Shown: one piece after another, positions 49,101 through 58,369 of the stretch
Position numbering within the stretch: the stretch's first letter is position 1
Layout: each line of letters starts with the position of its first letter
Source: Armatimonadota bacterium
Lineage (GTDB): Bacteria > Armatimonadota > Zipacnadia > Zipacnadales > UBA5352
Assembly (NCBI GenBank): GCA_034722055.1
Contig: JAYENL010000198.1
Coordinates: forward strand, 1 to 64,000
Length of the DNA: 64,000 bases
Reading direction: 5' to 3'
The notes under the pieces: generated by a model
The model's database searches: none
Told to the model about the DNA's origin: nothing
The model's input: the letters and a program-made list of their open reading frames with translations, nothing else
Position numbers and translations under genes: made by a program

Positions 49101-50086
49101 GGCTGCGCATCGAGACCGACCGCAGCCTTCATGGCGTGACAGCGACCGCGCGGCTCATCGACCCCCGCGGCCAGGCCGTGCTGGAGCAGACGGTGATGGA
49201 ACAGTCGTGGGTGGAGCTGATGCATCGCTCCCGGAGGCCCCTCTTCCTGGAGGTCAAGCGCGCATGCGAGGGCCTGCTGCTGGAGGTGGTGGTCAGCGCG
49301 GACGAGGGCTCCTGGAGCACCCGCGCGCCGGTCGGGCAGTACCGGCCGGCGCCGCCGGATGAGGCGGAACTCTTCGCGCCGGGGATCGACGGCCAGGCGC
49401 TCGCGGCGACGATGGTCGCTCCAAGCTTCGTGGAGGTCGGCGGTGATGTCCGCCACCTGGTCCCCTCTTCCCAGGGCACCATCGAGTGCTGGCTCTGCCC
49501 CACCGAGGACGTGGTCGTGGACCGCGAGGCCGATCGGCTCCAGCGCACCATCATCGACATCGGCCCCGTGCGCTACGACCACCCGTATCTCACCAACTGG
49601 CGCAGCATCGCCCTGCACGTCAACAAGTGGGCGCAGCTCGTCTTCCAGATCACCTCCAGGCAGTACGACAGCCGCAGCGTTCAGGCGAAGGTGGACGACT
49701 GGCAGGTCGGCGAGTGGCATCACGTGGCCTGCCAGTGGCGGCTGGACGATGACGGCCGCTGCCGGATGCAGCTCTTCATCGACGGGGACCTGGCATCCGA
49801 CCAGGTGCGCGGGAAGTTCGAGGGTGAGCCGCCGCCGCTGGACAAGCGCGATGAGCTGCTCCCCATCCAGGTGGGCGCCATGAACACCGGCGCCGCACGG
49901 GCGGAGATGCTCATCGACGAGCTGCGCTTCAGCCTCGTACGCCGCTACGATGGGCGGTTCGAGCCAGCCCCGGTGCTGCAGGCTGATGAGACGACCAGCC
50001 TGCTGCTGCACTTCGACGACGACCTCACCGCCCACAGCGGGCTGGAGGGCGTCAGCGTCGAGGGGCGGCCCGGCACGGCGGGCTGA
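46193..50086 (+). CDS. Secreted multidomain glycoside hydrolase-like protein (GH20-type N-domain, barrel, CBM9-like, LamG-like)
   Basis: IPSPQ, QGYAI, GMLYAAVTF and VRDWPDFRLR. IDGRLDEDVW and DSVEVLVD. GTIECW, WHHVACQW and IDELRFS. Confidence 0.75.
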   Translation: MRLIASIILTTVVPAAAASLDTMIPSPQEVEALEAVVPAAGGVIELRSDDPQTAIAAEEINARIAKLGGQPLPIGEGGDGPRIVLSVGEAAPNRPQGYAITHSAEEGREVFALTGHDVQGMLYAAVTFRHMLAVEDGRVVIRAANVRDWPDFRLRHLGQPFMEPLRDYYYQMRRAARDGDLETARELGERHIAVVCRYVDWLLRHKINMMGPLIPGRGYAEVTGYEREVCRRINEYARDRGIISEIRANISIGRHPQDEDNPDFADVVMHRSHNRYFCWSRLDYHREKAAAIADLMRDGGFGALYLHDVDGGGWRNPALWDDRCQLCRETYGDDHARADAVVFGIYYDAIREAVPDAVFAAVIYPYSPHHIDPDAIEEDLRAEMGDVPGVRRIAERAAGDNRAMLERLNTLVPDDWHICIRENDRERVDLFREVWDPKPFYTYFEYMRYRSVQPWFATSPRCTASFLYEGYEDILFGSIPQWGFREPLRLYAAQAAWNSAAADPAPFTKRAWHDWRQTQQPREVAERWALRTATDLWGAEVAPYTLPLFTRNLSPHLLFDTEEVVDRAGIADASAVMREQFDAASECTQSMHQLFDRILAGKIEPKPYWFGDLTNYYRLVVAARALAGFKHRRALLEEAVIGGDIEREAELLADLRASIGRWAEEIQRVRERTRELPISDESPRQTVAKGYLLALTGDMLREQLDQFLQRRDEIAAAYAMPGWFTDFARRREFHATRAGATVTIDGRLDEDVWARAEPIEHFVVYDQLRLAAYETVARLGWDSGHLYAAFECFDPAPEEIDLPRRDRDEHEQLDSVEVLVDANDDDETFRHWIIDLGGNTFDAARLKRADGTLDYDIDWDGDIQQAIARLDDRFVVELAIPAEALDATPGEGTWGIHLARNIAHDVPQYQPAAPRYLDGEGFHAVAKYGPLHFEGPESRMQPPSVRVETGDRSLEQKVHEEGQSTEVRFGLRIETDRSLHGVTATARLIDPRGQAVLEQTVMEQSWVELMHRSRRPLFLEVKRACEGLLLEVVVSADEGSWSTRAPVGQYRPAPPDEAELFAPGIDGQALAATMVAPSFVEVGGDVRHLVPSSQGTIECWLCPTEDVVVDREADRLQRTIIDIGPVRYDHPYLTNWRSIALHVNKWAQLVFQITSRQYDSRSVQAKVDDWQVGEWHHVACQWRLDDDGRCRMQLFIDGDLASDQVRGKFEGEPPPLDKRDELLPIQVGAMNTGAARAEMLIDELRFSLVRRYDGRFEPAPVLQADETTSLLLHFDDDLTAHSGLEGVSVEGRPGTAG

Positions 50087-50095
50087 CGCGCACGC

Positions 50096-50124
50096 TTGAC
50101 GCCGCGAACGGTCGCATGTATGCT
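50096..50124 (+). promoter_or_regulatory. Sigma70-type promoter for the M16 pair
   Basis: TTGACG-N17-TATGCT. Confidence 0.75.
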
Positions 50125-50192
50125 GCCTACACGCCCGCACAGGCGGGCGCTCTTCGTGCGGTCCACCGACCGCCACGGGAAGGAGACTACAC

Positions 50193-51569
50193 GTGCGCAG
50201 AACCCAACGCCTGCTCGGCATCGGCTTGCTGCTTGTCGCGCTGGCCGCCGGCGCCTGCGCCGCCCCCATCCTGGACCCGTCGCGGATCAGCGATCGGACG
50301 CTGGACAACGGCTTCCGGCTGATCCTCAAGGACGAGGACCAGTGGGGGCTGGCCGCGGCGGCCCTCTACGTCCGGGCGGGCTCCGCTTACGAGTCCGAGG
50401 ACCAGGTCGGCGCCGCCCACCTGCTCGAGCACCTGCTCTTCGAGGCCACCGACCAGCGCGACGAGCAGCGCGTGGGGCCGGCCATCGAGGCCCTGGGGGG
50501 CTACGTCAACGCCAGCACCACCCGGGACTTCACCCGCATCGATATCATCGTCGCCAGCCAGTACCTCCCCGAGGCCCTGGAGATGCTGGCGCAGGCGGTC
50601 TTCGAGCCGCGCCTGTCGCAGGCGGCGGTGGCGCGAGAGCGCGAGATCGTGGCGCGGGAGCTGATCGACCGCGCGGACACCGCCGGCGGCACCCTCGACG
50701 ACCTCCTGTGGGCCGCCGCCTTCGAGCAGCATCCCTACGGCCGGCCCATCGGGGGGACCGCCGAGCAGGTTGGCGACCTCACCGCAGACGACCTCATGCA
50801 GTTCTACGCCCGCTTCTACGTCCCCGCCAACATGGCCCTGGTGGTGGTCGGCGACATCGAGCCGGAACAGGTCGCCGGCCGCGTCGAGGAGCTGTTCGGC
50901 TCCGCGCCCCAGTCGGACTTCGACGCCCCGGAGCTGCCCGGGGAGCCGGCGCTGCAGGACGTGCGCGTGGTGGCCGAGACGCGGCCCAGCGAGGCCACCA
51001 TCGTCAGCTTCGCCTGGCACGCGCCGGAGGTGGAGGACTTCGACGAGGTCTGCGCCATGGACCTGATATACACGGTGCTGGGGGAGGGCCCGCTCGGCCG
51101 CCTCCACGCGGCGCTCAACGAGGACGGCCTGGCGCTGGTCTCCTCGTGCGACTACCTCACCCAGCGCGATCCGGGGCTGGTCATCGTCATGGCGGTCTGC
51201 GAGGCGGACAAGGAGACCGACGTGCGAACGGCCATCCTCAATGAGATCCGGCGCTTGCGCGATGAGCCGCTCACCGCCGAGCAGCTCGACGAGGCCAAGC
51301 GCGTCCTGCGCATCGGCTACGCCTTCAGCAATGAGGCCTACAGTGACCAGGCCGGATCCCTGGGCTTCTACGAGGCCCTCGGCGACCACGCCCTGGCCAT
51401 CGAGTACGTGGACCGCGTGAACGCCATCACCGCCGAGCAGGTGCAGCAGGTGGCGCAGAAGTACCTCGATCCGGATGCCTATACACTCGCCATCATCCGC
51501 CCCGAGCCCCGGCCGGGCGAGACGGAGGAGGCTCGGGTACCGTGCGCACACTCGCTCGTGCGGGGCTGA
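50193..51569 (+). CDS. M16 family zinc peptidase, catalytic subunit, secreted
   Basis: Signal peptide, LDNG, GAAHLLEHLLF (HxxEH), NASTT, HPYGRPIGG and VVVGD. Confidence 0.9.
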   Translation: MRRTQRLLGIGLLLVALAAGACAAPILDPSRISDRTLDNGFRLILKDEDQWGLAAAALYVRAGSAYESEDQVGAAHLLEHLLFEATDQRDEQRVGPAIEALGGYVNASTTRDFTRIDIIVASQYLPEALEMLAQAVFEPRLSQAAVAREREIVARELIDRADTAGGTLDDLLWAAAFEQHPYGRPIGGTAEQVGDLTADDLMQFYARFYVPANMALVVVGDIEPEQVAGRVEELFGSAPQSDFDAPELPGEPALQDVRVVAETRPSEATIVSFAWHAPEVEDFDEVCAMDLIYTVLGEGPLGRLHAALNEDGLALVSSCDYLTQRDPGLVIVMAVCEADKETDVRTAILNEIRRLRDEPLTAEQLDEAKRVLRIGYAFSNEAYSDQAGSLGFYEALGDHALAIEYVDRVNAITAEQVQQVAQKYLDPDAYTLAIIRPEPRPGETEEARVPCAHSLVRG

Positions 51570-52891
51570 TCGCCCTCATCGCTGTGCTGTCCGTTGCGGC
51601 CTGGTCGGCGCCGGCGACGGTCGATCTGGACAACGGCCTGAGACTCATTGCCGTAGACAGCGACCAGGGACGCATCGCCGGCATGGCCGTGGTTATCGGC
51701 TGCTCCATCGCCGACGAGCCAGATGGCCTTCACGGCGCGCGGGCCCTTCTGCAGCAGATCGTCGTCATGGACAGCCACGAGGCCATCTCGGAGGCCCGCC
51801 GGCCGGCCTCGGCCTTCGTTGATCCCCGCTCGTCGGGCCTCAGCGTCAACACCGACTGGGACCTCGTGGAGGTGGGCTTCGCAGCGCACGTCGAGGAGCT
51901 GGACGCCGGTCTCCGGCTGCTGGCCAGCCACGTCTTCGGGGCGGAGCTGACCCAGGAGCGTCTCGAAGAGGCTCGAGAGCTCGTCCAGCGGGGGTATGAC
52001 CTCTCCCACCAGTCCCCGGTGCAGGGGACCTTCGATCTCTTCCGTCACGCGCTCTACGGGGATCATCCCATGGCCCGCCCCATGCGCGGGGACCCGCAGG
52101 AACTGGCGGCCGTCGAGCTGCAGCCGCTGCAGGCCTTCCGCGACACCCACTACGTTCCGGCCAACGCCGTGCTGTGCGTGGTGGCGCCCCTGCCGCAGGA
52201 GGAGATCGTTTCGGCGGCGACAGTCGTCTTCGGCGCGCTGGAGAGCCGGCCCGCGCCCGAGCCCGCGCAGCCACCGGCACCGCCTGAGCGCTCTCTGGTG
52301 GAGGTGGACGAGAGCGCGGACCTGGCCCAGGCCTCCATGGTGGTGGGCGTGCCCGCCCCGGGCATGGCTGAACCTCTTCGCCCGGCGGCGGAGGTCATCG
52401 CGGCGCTGCTGGAGGGTCGTGGTGGCCGGCTGCGCCGCGACCTGGGCCTGCTTCAGACGCTCGGCTTGGCGGTGCCCACGCGGCTGCTCCGGGAGCACTA
52501 CCCGGTAGGCACGCTGCCCGTGCCCATCTCGCGGCACGCCTTCCTGGCGGTGCACGCTCTGTGCACGCCAATGAACATCGAGCACACCCGCCAGCGGCTG
52601 CTGCGCCATCTGTTGGCTCTGCAGACCGGGACGGCCACCGAGGAGGAGCTGGAGCGCGCCCGCAAGCGCGTTATCAACGCCCACGTCCGCTCCCGGCAGA
52701 CGCCGTCCGACCAGGCGCTGTACCTGGCACGCCGGGCGCTGTTTGGCCTGGGCGGGCCCCAGGAGGCCATCGCGGACATCCAGGCCGTCACCAGCGAGGA
52801 CCTCACCGCGGTGGCCACTCGGTACTTCAAGCGCCACGCAATCGGCGTGCAGATGCCCGCCACTGTGGCGCGGAGGGTCCAGCATGATTGA
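51542..52891 (+). CDS. M16 family non-catalytic partner subunit, secreted
   Basis: Signal peptide, LDNGL, HPMARP and YVPANAV. HxxEH is replaced by ALLQQ. Confidence 0.8.
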   Translation: MRTLARAGLIALIAVLSVAAWSAPATVDLDNGLRLIAVDSDQGRIAGMAVVIGCSIADEPDGLHGARALLQQIVVMDSHEAISEARRPASAFVDPRSSGLSVNTDWDLVEVGFAAHVEELDAGLRLLASHVFGAELTQERLEEARELVQRGYDLSHQSPVQGTFDLFRHALYGDHPMARPMRGDPQELAAVELQPLQAFRDTHYVPANAVLCVVAPLPQEEIVSAATVVFGALESRPAPEPAQPPAPPERSLVEVDESADLAQASMVVGVPAPGMAEPLRPAAEVIAALLEGRGGRLRRDLGLLQTLGLAVPTRLLREHYPVGTLPVPISRHAFLAVHALCTPMNIEHTRQRLLRHLLALQTGTATEEELERARKRVINAHVRSRQTPSDQALYLARRALFGLGGPQEAIADIQAVTSEDLTAVATRYFKRHAIGVQMPATVARRVQHD

Positions 52892-53339
52892 CGGCGTCAG
52901 GACCAAGCGGCTGGTGCGCCACGTTGACGACCGCGGCTGGGTGATGGAGATCCTGCGTGATGACGACGAGATCTTCATCGACTTCGGCCAGGTCTACGTC
53001 TCCGCCTGCTTCCCGGGCGTGGTCAAGGCCTGGCACTGCCACCAGCGGCAGACCGACAGCTTCTGCGTCCTGCAGGGCAACGCCAAGATCGGCCTCTACG
53101 ACGACCGCGAGGACTCCCCCACCTGCGGGGAGGCGCAGGCAATCGTCGCTGGCGAGCTCAACCCCGTGGTGGTGCAGATCCCGCCGCTGGTGTGGCACGG
53201 CTTCACAGCCCTGGAGGGGTGCACGGCCGTGGTGCTCAACGTCCCCACCATGCACTACGATGCCGATGACCCGGACGAGCTGCGTCGGGACCCGTTCGAC
53301 CCTGAGATTCCCTTTGACTGGTTCACCGAGGGCGGCTGA
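52884..53339 (+). CDS. rfbC: dTDP-4-dehydrorhamnose 3,5-epimerase family cupin
   Basis: DDRGWVME, PGVVKAWHCH, DDREDSPT and IPPLVWHGF. Confidence 0.8.
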   Translation: MIDGVRTKRLVRHVDDRGWVMEILRDDDEIFIDFGQVYVSACFPGVVKAWHCHQRQTDSFCVLQGNAKIGLYDDREDSPTCGEAQAIVAGELNPVVVQIPPLVWHGFTALEGCTAVVLNVPTMHYDADDPDELRRDPFDPEIPFDWFTEGG

Positions 53340-53469
53340 CCGCGCGAGAGCCCGCGAGGGACCGACACCAGCCGTATCGGTCGCCGGCTCCTGCACGTCA
53401 CGCCAAGTGCGTCCTTAGCATCTGGCTGAGTGGGGCCTACATCCACTGAGGCCCCTCTCATGCCGGCAG

Positions 53470-56433
53470 GTGAGCACCGTGACCGTCCTCCCCGATGATG
53501 CGCAGATCCGCGTGCTGATCGACCACCATCATGACTCAGGCTGGGCCCAGGCCCGGCGCGGGCTGGGTGGCGGGCCGCTGCAGGTCACCATCTGCCGCGA
53601 GACCCTCAAGTGGGGAATCCTCAAGCGCTATCACGTGCTCGTCGCGGACGCCACGGCGCCGGCCACCGTCACCGCCAACGAGCTCAAGATGGTGAAGCGC
53701 TTCGTGTCCGAGGGCGGCGGGCTGCTGCTGGCCGGGTCCCTGCCGGCCTTCGAGTTCATCTCCGATGCTCCCGCCGACGAGATGCCCGCCAACCGCCTGG
53801 CTGAGCCCTTCGGCCTGCGCTTCCTCTCGCCATCCGAGTGCGCCGGCGAGCCGCGCATCGACCGCAACTTCCAGCGTGGCTATCGCGGCGAGGACGTGGT
53901 CGTCGGCGACGACCTGCCCGACGGCTTCGGCCCCCAGCCGCCCGGCGCAGACACCTGGGCGCCGGTGAGAGCCCCCCATGGCTCCCGCACGCTTCTGGGG
54001 CACCGGGAGACCGGGGAGCCCCTGGCCACGATGTGCGAGCATGGCGACGGCCGCATCTGCGCGGTGGCCACGCCGCTGGAGCACTTCAACCTGCTCTGGC
54101 ACGCCAAGCCGCTGCTGCGCTGGCTGGCGGCGGGCGCGGGAGACCGCCCCGGGCGCGACATCCCCGCAGAGGTGGGCGTCCCGCCGACCGTCCGCAAGGT
54201 CCGCGGCCTGCGGCTGATATGCGACGAGCCGGTCGCCGAGCGCGCCGATGAGGTGGCCCGCCTCGTCCGCGCCTTCGACGAGTTCATGGAGGACATATTC
54301 GGCGACCGCTGGGAGGCGCCGGAGGTCGTCCAGGTGTTGCAGGCTGTCGTCCGCGCCGACCCGTGGTGGAACGATCCACCGCGCATCTCCGCCGCGGGCT
54401 CCGACTGGGCCGTCGCATGGTCGGTCGCCTTCGCCCTCGCCATGCACGGCGTCCAGAACCTCGACGAGCAAGTCATCGTCGCGCTTCTGCCCGAGTACAC
54501 CGCTCTGCGCCACCTCGCCCTGCGCTTCCTTGAGCGCCTGGGCTTCGAAGAGCGCGCGCGGCGGCTGCGCGAGATCGCTCTGCAGCAGGCCGAGGAGGCC
54601 GCCGATGGGCCCGGGGGCGATCTCGCCCGCGTCTACTGGGCGACGCTCAAGTGGCACCCCAAGGGCATGTGGCTGCTCGAGCAGCTCGCGGACCGCTACG
54701 GCAAGGACTTCCTGGGACGCATGCTGGCGAAGATGCCCCGCAGCCGCGATCAGGAGAGGCTACCCTCGCACTTCGCCTCCCACGCCGACCGCGCCGCGTA
54801 CTACATGAGCCTGGCTGCTGGCGAGGACCTCTTCCCGTGGCTACAGGAGCTGGGAATAACGCTCCACCCACTGCCCATCGTGGCGCCGGATGATGAAAGC
54901 TTCGACGAGGCCATGCGCGCGGCGCTGGCCGAGGGCGCCACCAGCGGCCCGCCGTCGCGGCGCCTGGAGGCGCTTACAGACCTGGCGGCCCTCGACGACG
55001 ACGCTCGCGCGAAGCTGCCCGACGACGTCCGCCCACTGGTCGATGTCTACCGGCGCTCGTCTGCGTCCGATCAGCGAGCCGCCGCTGACTTGCGCCGGCT
55101 CGCCGACGACGAGGACGAGGCCCAGGCGGCATGGGCCGCGCTGCAGTTGCTCTCCTCCGGCCACGAGGAGGCGGCAGATCGGCTGGCCGAGCTGGCGCCG
55201 CGCCAGGACCTCCGCTTCCGGCTGATGGCCGGCCACGTGCTTCGCAAGGCCGGGCGCGACGTCGCGGAGCTCTCGGTGCAGGGCCTGGTCGAGGACGGGG
55301 CAGCGGTCGGCGAGCTGGAAGTGAAGCTCACCGATTACCTCGCGATCCACCCGAAGGTCGCGGGCTACGAGGTCGCCAACGTCATCTGCGAGAGCGGCCT
55401 GGCCGCCTTCCCGCACGGTAACTTCGCCACGCGCCTCTATGTGGACTGGGTCCACACCTCGCCGCAGTGGCGGCGCAGCGGCCTGTCGCGGCTGGCCTTC
55501 GGTGCGGCCATGGCGCACAAGGAGGCCCAACGCTGCTCCAGCTTCGCTCTCAGCACCGGCACCCGCAACACCGCCCACGCCCTCTACCGCGACTTCGGCT
55601 TCGTGGACATGGATCGGCGGGAATCCGCATCCAAGCGGCTGTGCGTGGGCACGCCCTGCCCCCAGCCCGACGGCGTCGTGCTGCGACCGATGGAGGCCGA
55701 CGACCGCCCCGAGGTCCGCCGGTTCCTGCTCGACTACCACGCGAACGCCTTCACGATCTCGCCGCTGCCCGTCCCGGAGCTGGGCGAGGGGCAGTGGGCG
55801 GCGCTGGCCGAACGCCAGGGCAAGCTCATCGGCGTGGCGCTGGGGCGGCACGTGAGCGGCGACGAGGCGCGCCTGCTGGACGTGGCGGTGAACAGGGACG
55901 CCGACGACCGCACGGAGGTCGGCACCGCACTGCTGTCGCGGCTGCATCGCCTGCTTGCCGGCCACGGCGCGAGGACCGTGAAGGCCTCCATCTGCTCACA
56001 GCCCGGACTGCTTATCGACGCCCTCTGCCGGGCCGGCTACTCCCGCAGGCCCAGCGGCGGCGTCAACATGTTCGGCATCCGCGATCTGCGCCGGCTCTTC
56101 GAGGAGATCCGCCCCCTCTACGAGCATCGGCTGGCCGATGGCGATCAGCGGGGCTGGGCGGGGCGGGTGATCATCATCGGCGAGCGGCTGCAGGCGGGCC
56201 TGGAGATCGACGAGGGCGCGGTCCACGTCGTGGGCGGGGAGCCCGCGGCCGCGGACATCGTGCTGCGCACCTCCGACGAGGTCATCACCCGTTCCGTTAC
56301 CGGCCGGGAGACGCCGCTGGAGGGCTACCTGCAGCGGCGGACCGAGGTGCAGCCGCAGACCAACTCCGCCGTGGTGAAGCTGCTGGAGACCCTCTTCCCG
56401 CAGGTGCCCTTCATCGTCCGCTGGGGCTGGTGA
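53470..56433 (+). CDS. Multidomain protein ending in tandem GNAT and SCP2-like domains (Eis-like)
   Basis: N-terminal FVSEGGGLLLAG (GATase-like), VHTSPQWRRSGL / AHALYRDFGF, a second GNAT domain, and an SCP2-like tail ADIVL. Confidence 0.7.
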   Translation: MSTVTVLPDDAQIRVLIDHHHDSGWAQARRGLGGGPLQVTICRETLKWGILKRYHVLVADATAPATVTANELKMVKRFVSEGGGLLLAGSLPAFEFISDAPADEMPANRLAEPFGLRFLSPSECAGEPRIDRNFQRGYRGEDVVVGDDLPDGFGPQPPGADTWAPVRAPHGSRTLLGHRETGEPLATMCEHGDGRICAVATPLEHFNLLWHAKPLLRWLAAGAGDRPGRDIPAEVGVPPTVRKVRGLRLICDEPVAERADEVARLVRAFDEFMEDIFGDRWEAPEVVQVLQAVVRADPWWNDPPRISAAGSDWAVAWSVAFALAMHGVQNLDEQVIVALLPEYTALRHLALRFLERLGFEERARRLREIALQQAEEAADGPGGDLARVYWATLKWHPKGMWLLEQLADRYGKDFLGRMLAKMPRSRDQERLPSHFASHADRAAYYMSLAAGEDLFPWLQELGITLHPLPIVAPDDESFDEAMRAALAEGATSGPPSRRLEALTDLAALDDDARAKLPDDVRPLVDVYRRSSASDQRAAADLRRLADDEDEAQAAWAALQLLSSGHEEAADRLAELAPRQDLRFRLMAGHVLRKAGRDVAELSVQGLVEDGAAVGELEVKLTDYLAIHPKVAGYEVANVICESGLAAFPHGNFATRLYVDWVHTSPQWRRSGLSRLAFGAAMAHKEAQRCSSFALSTGTRNTAHALYRDFGFVDMDRRESASKRLCVGTPCPQPDGVVLRPMEADDRPEVRRFLLDYHANAFTISPLPVPELGEGQWAALAERQGKLIGVALGRHVSGDEARLLDVAVNRDADDRTEVGTALLSRLHRLLAGHGARTVKASICSQPGLLIDALCRAGYSRRPSGGVNMFGIRDLRRLFEEIRPLYEHRLADGDQRGWAGRVIIIGERLQAGLEIDEGAVHVVGGEPAAADIVLRTSDEVITRSVTGRETPLEGYLQRRTEVQPQTNSAVVKLLETLFPQVPFIVRWGW

Positions 56434-56472
56434 GCCCGGCAGCTCAGTGAGCCTCCGTGCCGATCTCCTGTC

Positions 56473-57270
56473 TCAACTGAGATGCTCGCTGAGGAACCGG
56501 TACGCTGACCGCATGGAGTTCTCGATCTCGTCATTGGTGCGACCGGGCGCGCGCTCGAGCGTGTGCGGGCCCTCGTAGCCCAGATCCACCAGCCTCGGCA
56601 GCAGCCGATCGTAGCCCACCTCCCCCTCACCGATCCGCGGGAACTCCGGATTGCCCTTCGGCCCCACGTGATCCTTGTAGTGGGTGTGCGCCATGAAGGG
56701 CGCCAGCTCGTCCAGGCGCTCGTGCGGGTCGGCGCCGTTGTAGAAGCGGAAGTTGGCCGGATCGAAGGCCAGGCGCACCTCGGGATGGTCGATCTGCTCC
56801 ATGGCCGCCAGGCAGGCGCTGGCGTCGCCGGTGTATCCCCCGTGCGTCTCCAGCGCGATGGTGATGCCCAGCTCCGCCGCGTGGTCGGCCGCATCCCGGA
56901 TCTGCGCCACGAAGTCGGCGATCATCCGCTCCCGCTCATCCTGGTCGGCCTCGTCGGGGATGCGCACGGCGCCGGTGTCCACGATGGATACGCCCAGGCG
57001 CGCGGCCCCCTCCAGCCGTCGCCGGAGCAGGTCCAGGCCACCTTCAACCGTCAGCTCCGAGCGGGCGTAGACCGCCACCAGCCTCAGGTCGTGGCTCTCC
57101 AGCCGGAACAGAAAGGCCTCCGCCTCCTCGTCAGTCATCGTCTCCAGCGGCTGATCGTAGTAGCCGGCGTAGAAGCCGACCGCCACGTTCTCGAAGCCGA
57201 CCGCCGCCGCGCCGGCCAGGAACGAGTCGAAGTCCTGGTTGCAGAAGTTGTAGGCCGCGATGATGGCCAT
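56473..57270 (-). CDS. Sugar phosphate isomerase/epimerase (xylose isomerase-like TIM barrel)
   Basis: IALETHG, FDPAN, HTHYKD, IGEGEV and GYEGPHTLE. RBS aaggag. Confidence 0.88.
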   Translation of the reverse strand: MAIIAAYNFCNQDFDSFLAGAAAVGFENVAVGFYAGYYDQPLETMTDEEAEAFLFRLESHDLRLVAVYARSELTVEGGLDLLRRRLEGAARLGVSIVDTGAVRIPDEADQDERERMIADFVAQIRDAADHAAELGITIALETHGGYTGDASACLAAMEQIDHPEVRLAFDPANFRFYNGADPHERLDELAPFMAHTHYKDHVGPKGNPEFPRIGEGEVGYDRLLPRLVDLGYEGPHTLERAPGRTNDEIENSMRSAYRFLSEHLS

Positions 57271-57427
57271 CAGGCTGCTCCTTTGAGCGCACTCGGGGTC
57301 GAGAGAGGGCGTGTAGAGCTTCTCCGAGCAGCGGCCGAAGACCTTGCGGCGGCGAAGGGAGTGCGGGCACCGGCGCGGAATAGCCATTAGGGATATATCC
57401 ATTGCCAGAGGAGCGGGACGCGATCTG

Positions 57428-58369
57428 ATGTCAGGACAGGACGTGCGGGTGGGCTTTGTGGGCTGCGGGCGCCACGCCACGGGCGTGCTGCTGCCGGCGG
57501 CGAGGGAGGCCGGGATGGACCTGGCCTCGGTCTGCGACCTTGACAGGCGCCGGGCGCAGCGCACCGCCCGGCGCTTCGGCGCCTTCAGGGCCTACCAGGA
57601 CCTGCGCAAGATGATCGACGAGATGGACCTCGACGCGGTGCTGGTCTGCGGCCCGCCGGAGATGCACGCGGAGGCGGCCGCCATGGCTCTCGAGCGCGGC
57701 TGCCACGTGTGGACGGAGGTGCCGCCCGCGCCCACCGCCGCCGAGGCCGAGCACATCGCGCAGCTCGCCGACGCCAGGGGGCTTATCGCCCAGCCCGGCC
57801 TGATGATGCGCTTCGCCCCGGCCTACGAGCGCCTCAAGCGGACGATCGACGACCAGGACTTCGGCGAGCCCACGTCCCTGGCGATCACCTGGTGGCCGGC
57901 GAAGCTGCCCGGCCACGATGAGCCGCTGCTGTTCGATGCCATCCACGCCGTGGACCTGGCACGGATGCTGCTGGGGGAGATCGAGCAGTGGCAGGCGCTG
58001 GCGGCTGATGAGGCGGCGTCGATGGCGTTGCGCTTTGCCTCCGGAGCGCTGGGCAGTCTCAGCTTCGCCGCCGGCAGCGGGCGGCCCCGGGAGGTGGTGG
58101 CGGTGGCCGCCCGCCGCGCGCTGGCCGTGGTTCAGGACCGCCGGGAGGTGGCCGTCAGCCGGGCCGATCGCGAGGAGAGCACGCTGTGGCGGCCTGCCTC
58201 TGGCGGTGCCGGTCCGGGCGCAGAGCAGGGATTCCTGGCCGAGCTGCAGCATTTCCTGCGTGCCGTGCTGGGAGAGGTCGAGCCGCGGGCCACGATGAGC
58301 GACGCCGCGGCCGCCATGGCGCTCATTGAGACCCTCACCGAATGCGGGGAGGTGCGTCACATGGGGTGA
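57428..58369 (+). CDS. Gfo/Idh/MocA family oxidoreductase
   Basis: VGFVGCG, LDAVLVCGPPEMH, HVWTEVP, RFAP and DAIHAVD. Confidence 0.88.
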   Translation: MSGQDVRVGFVGCGRHATGVLLPAAREAGMDLASVCDLDRRRAQRTARRFGAFRAYQDLRKMIDEMDLDAVLVCGPPEMHAEAAAMALERGCHVWTEVPPAPTAAEAEHIAQLADARGLIAQPGLMMRFAPAYERLKRTIDDQDFGEPTSLAITWWPAKLPGHDEPLLFDAIHAVDLARMLLGEIEQWQALAADEAASMALRFASGALGSLSFAAGSGRPREVVAVAARRALAVVQDRREVAVSRADREESTLWRPASGGAGPGAEQGFLAELQHFLRAVLGEVEPRATMSDAAAAMALIETLTECGEVRHMG

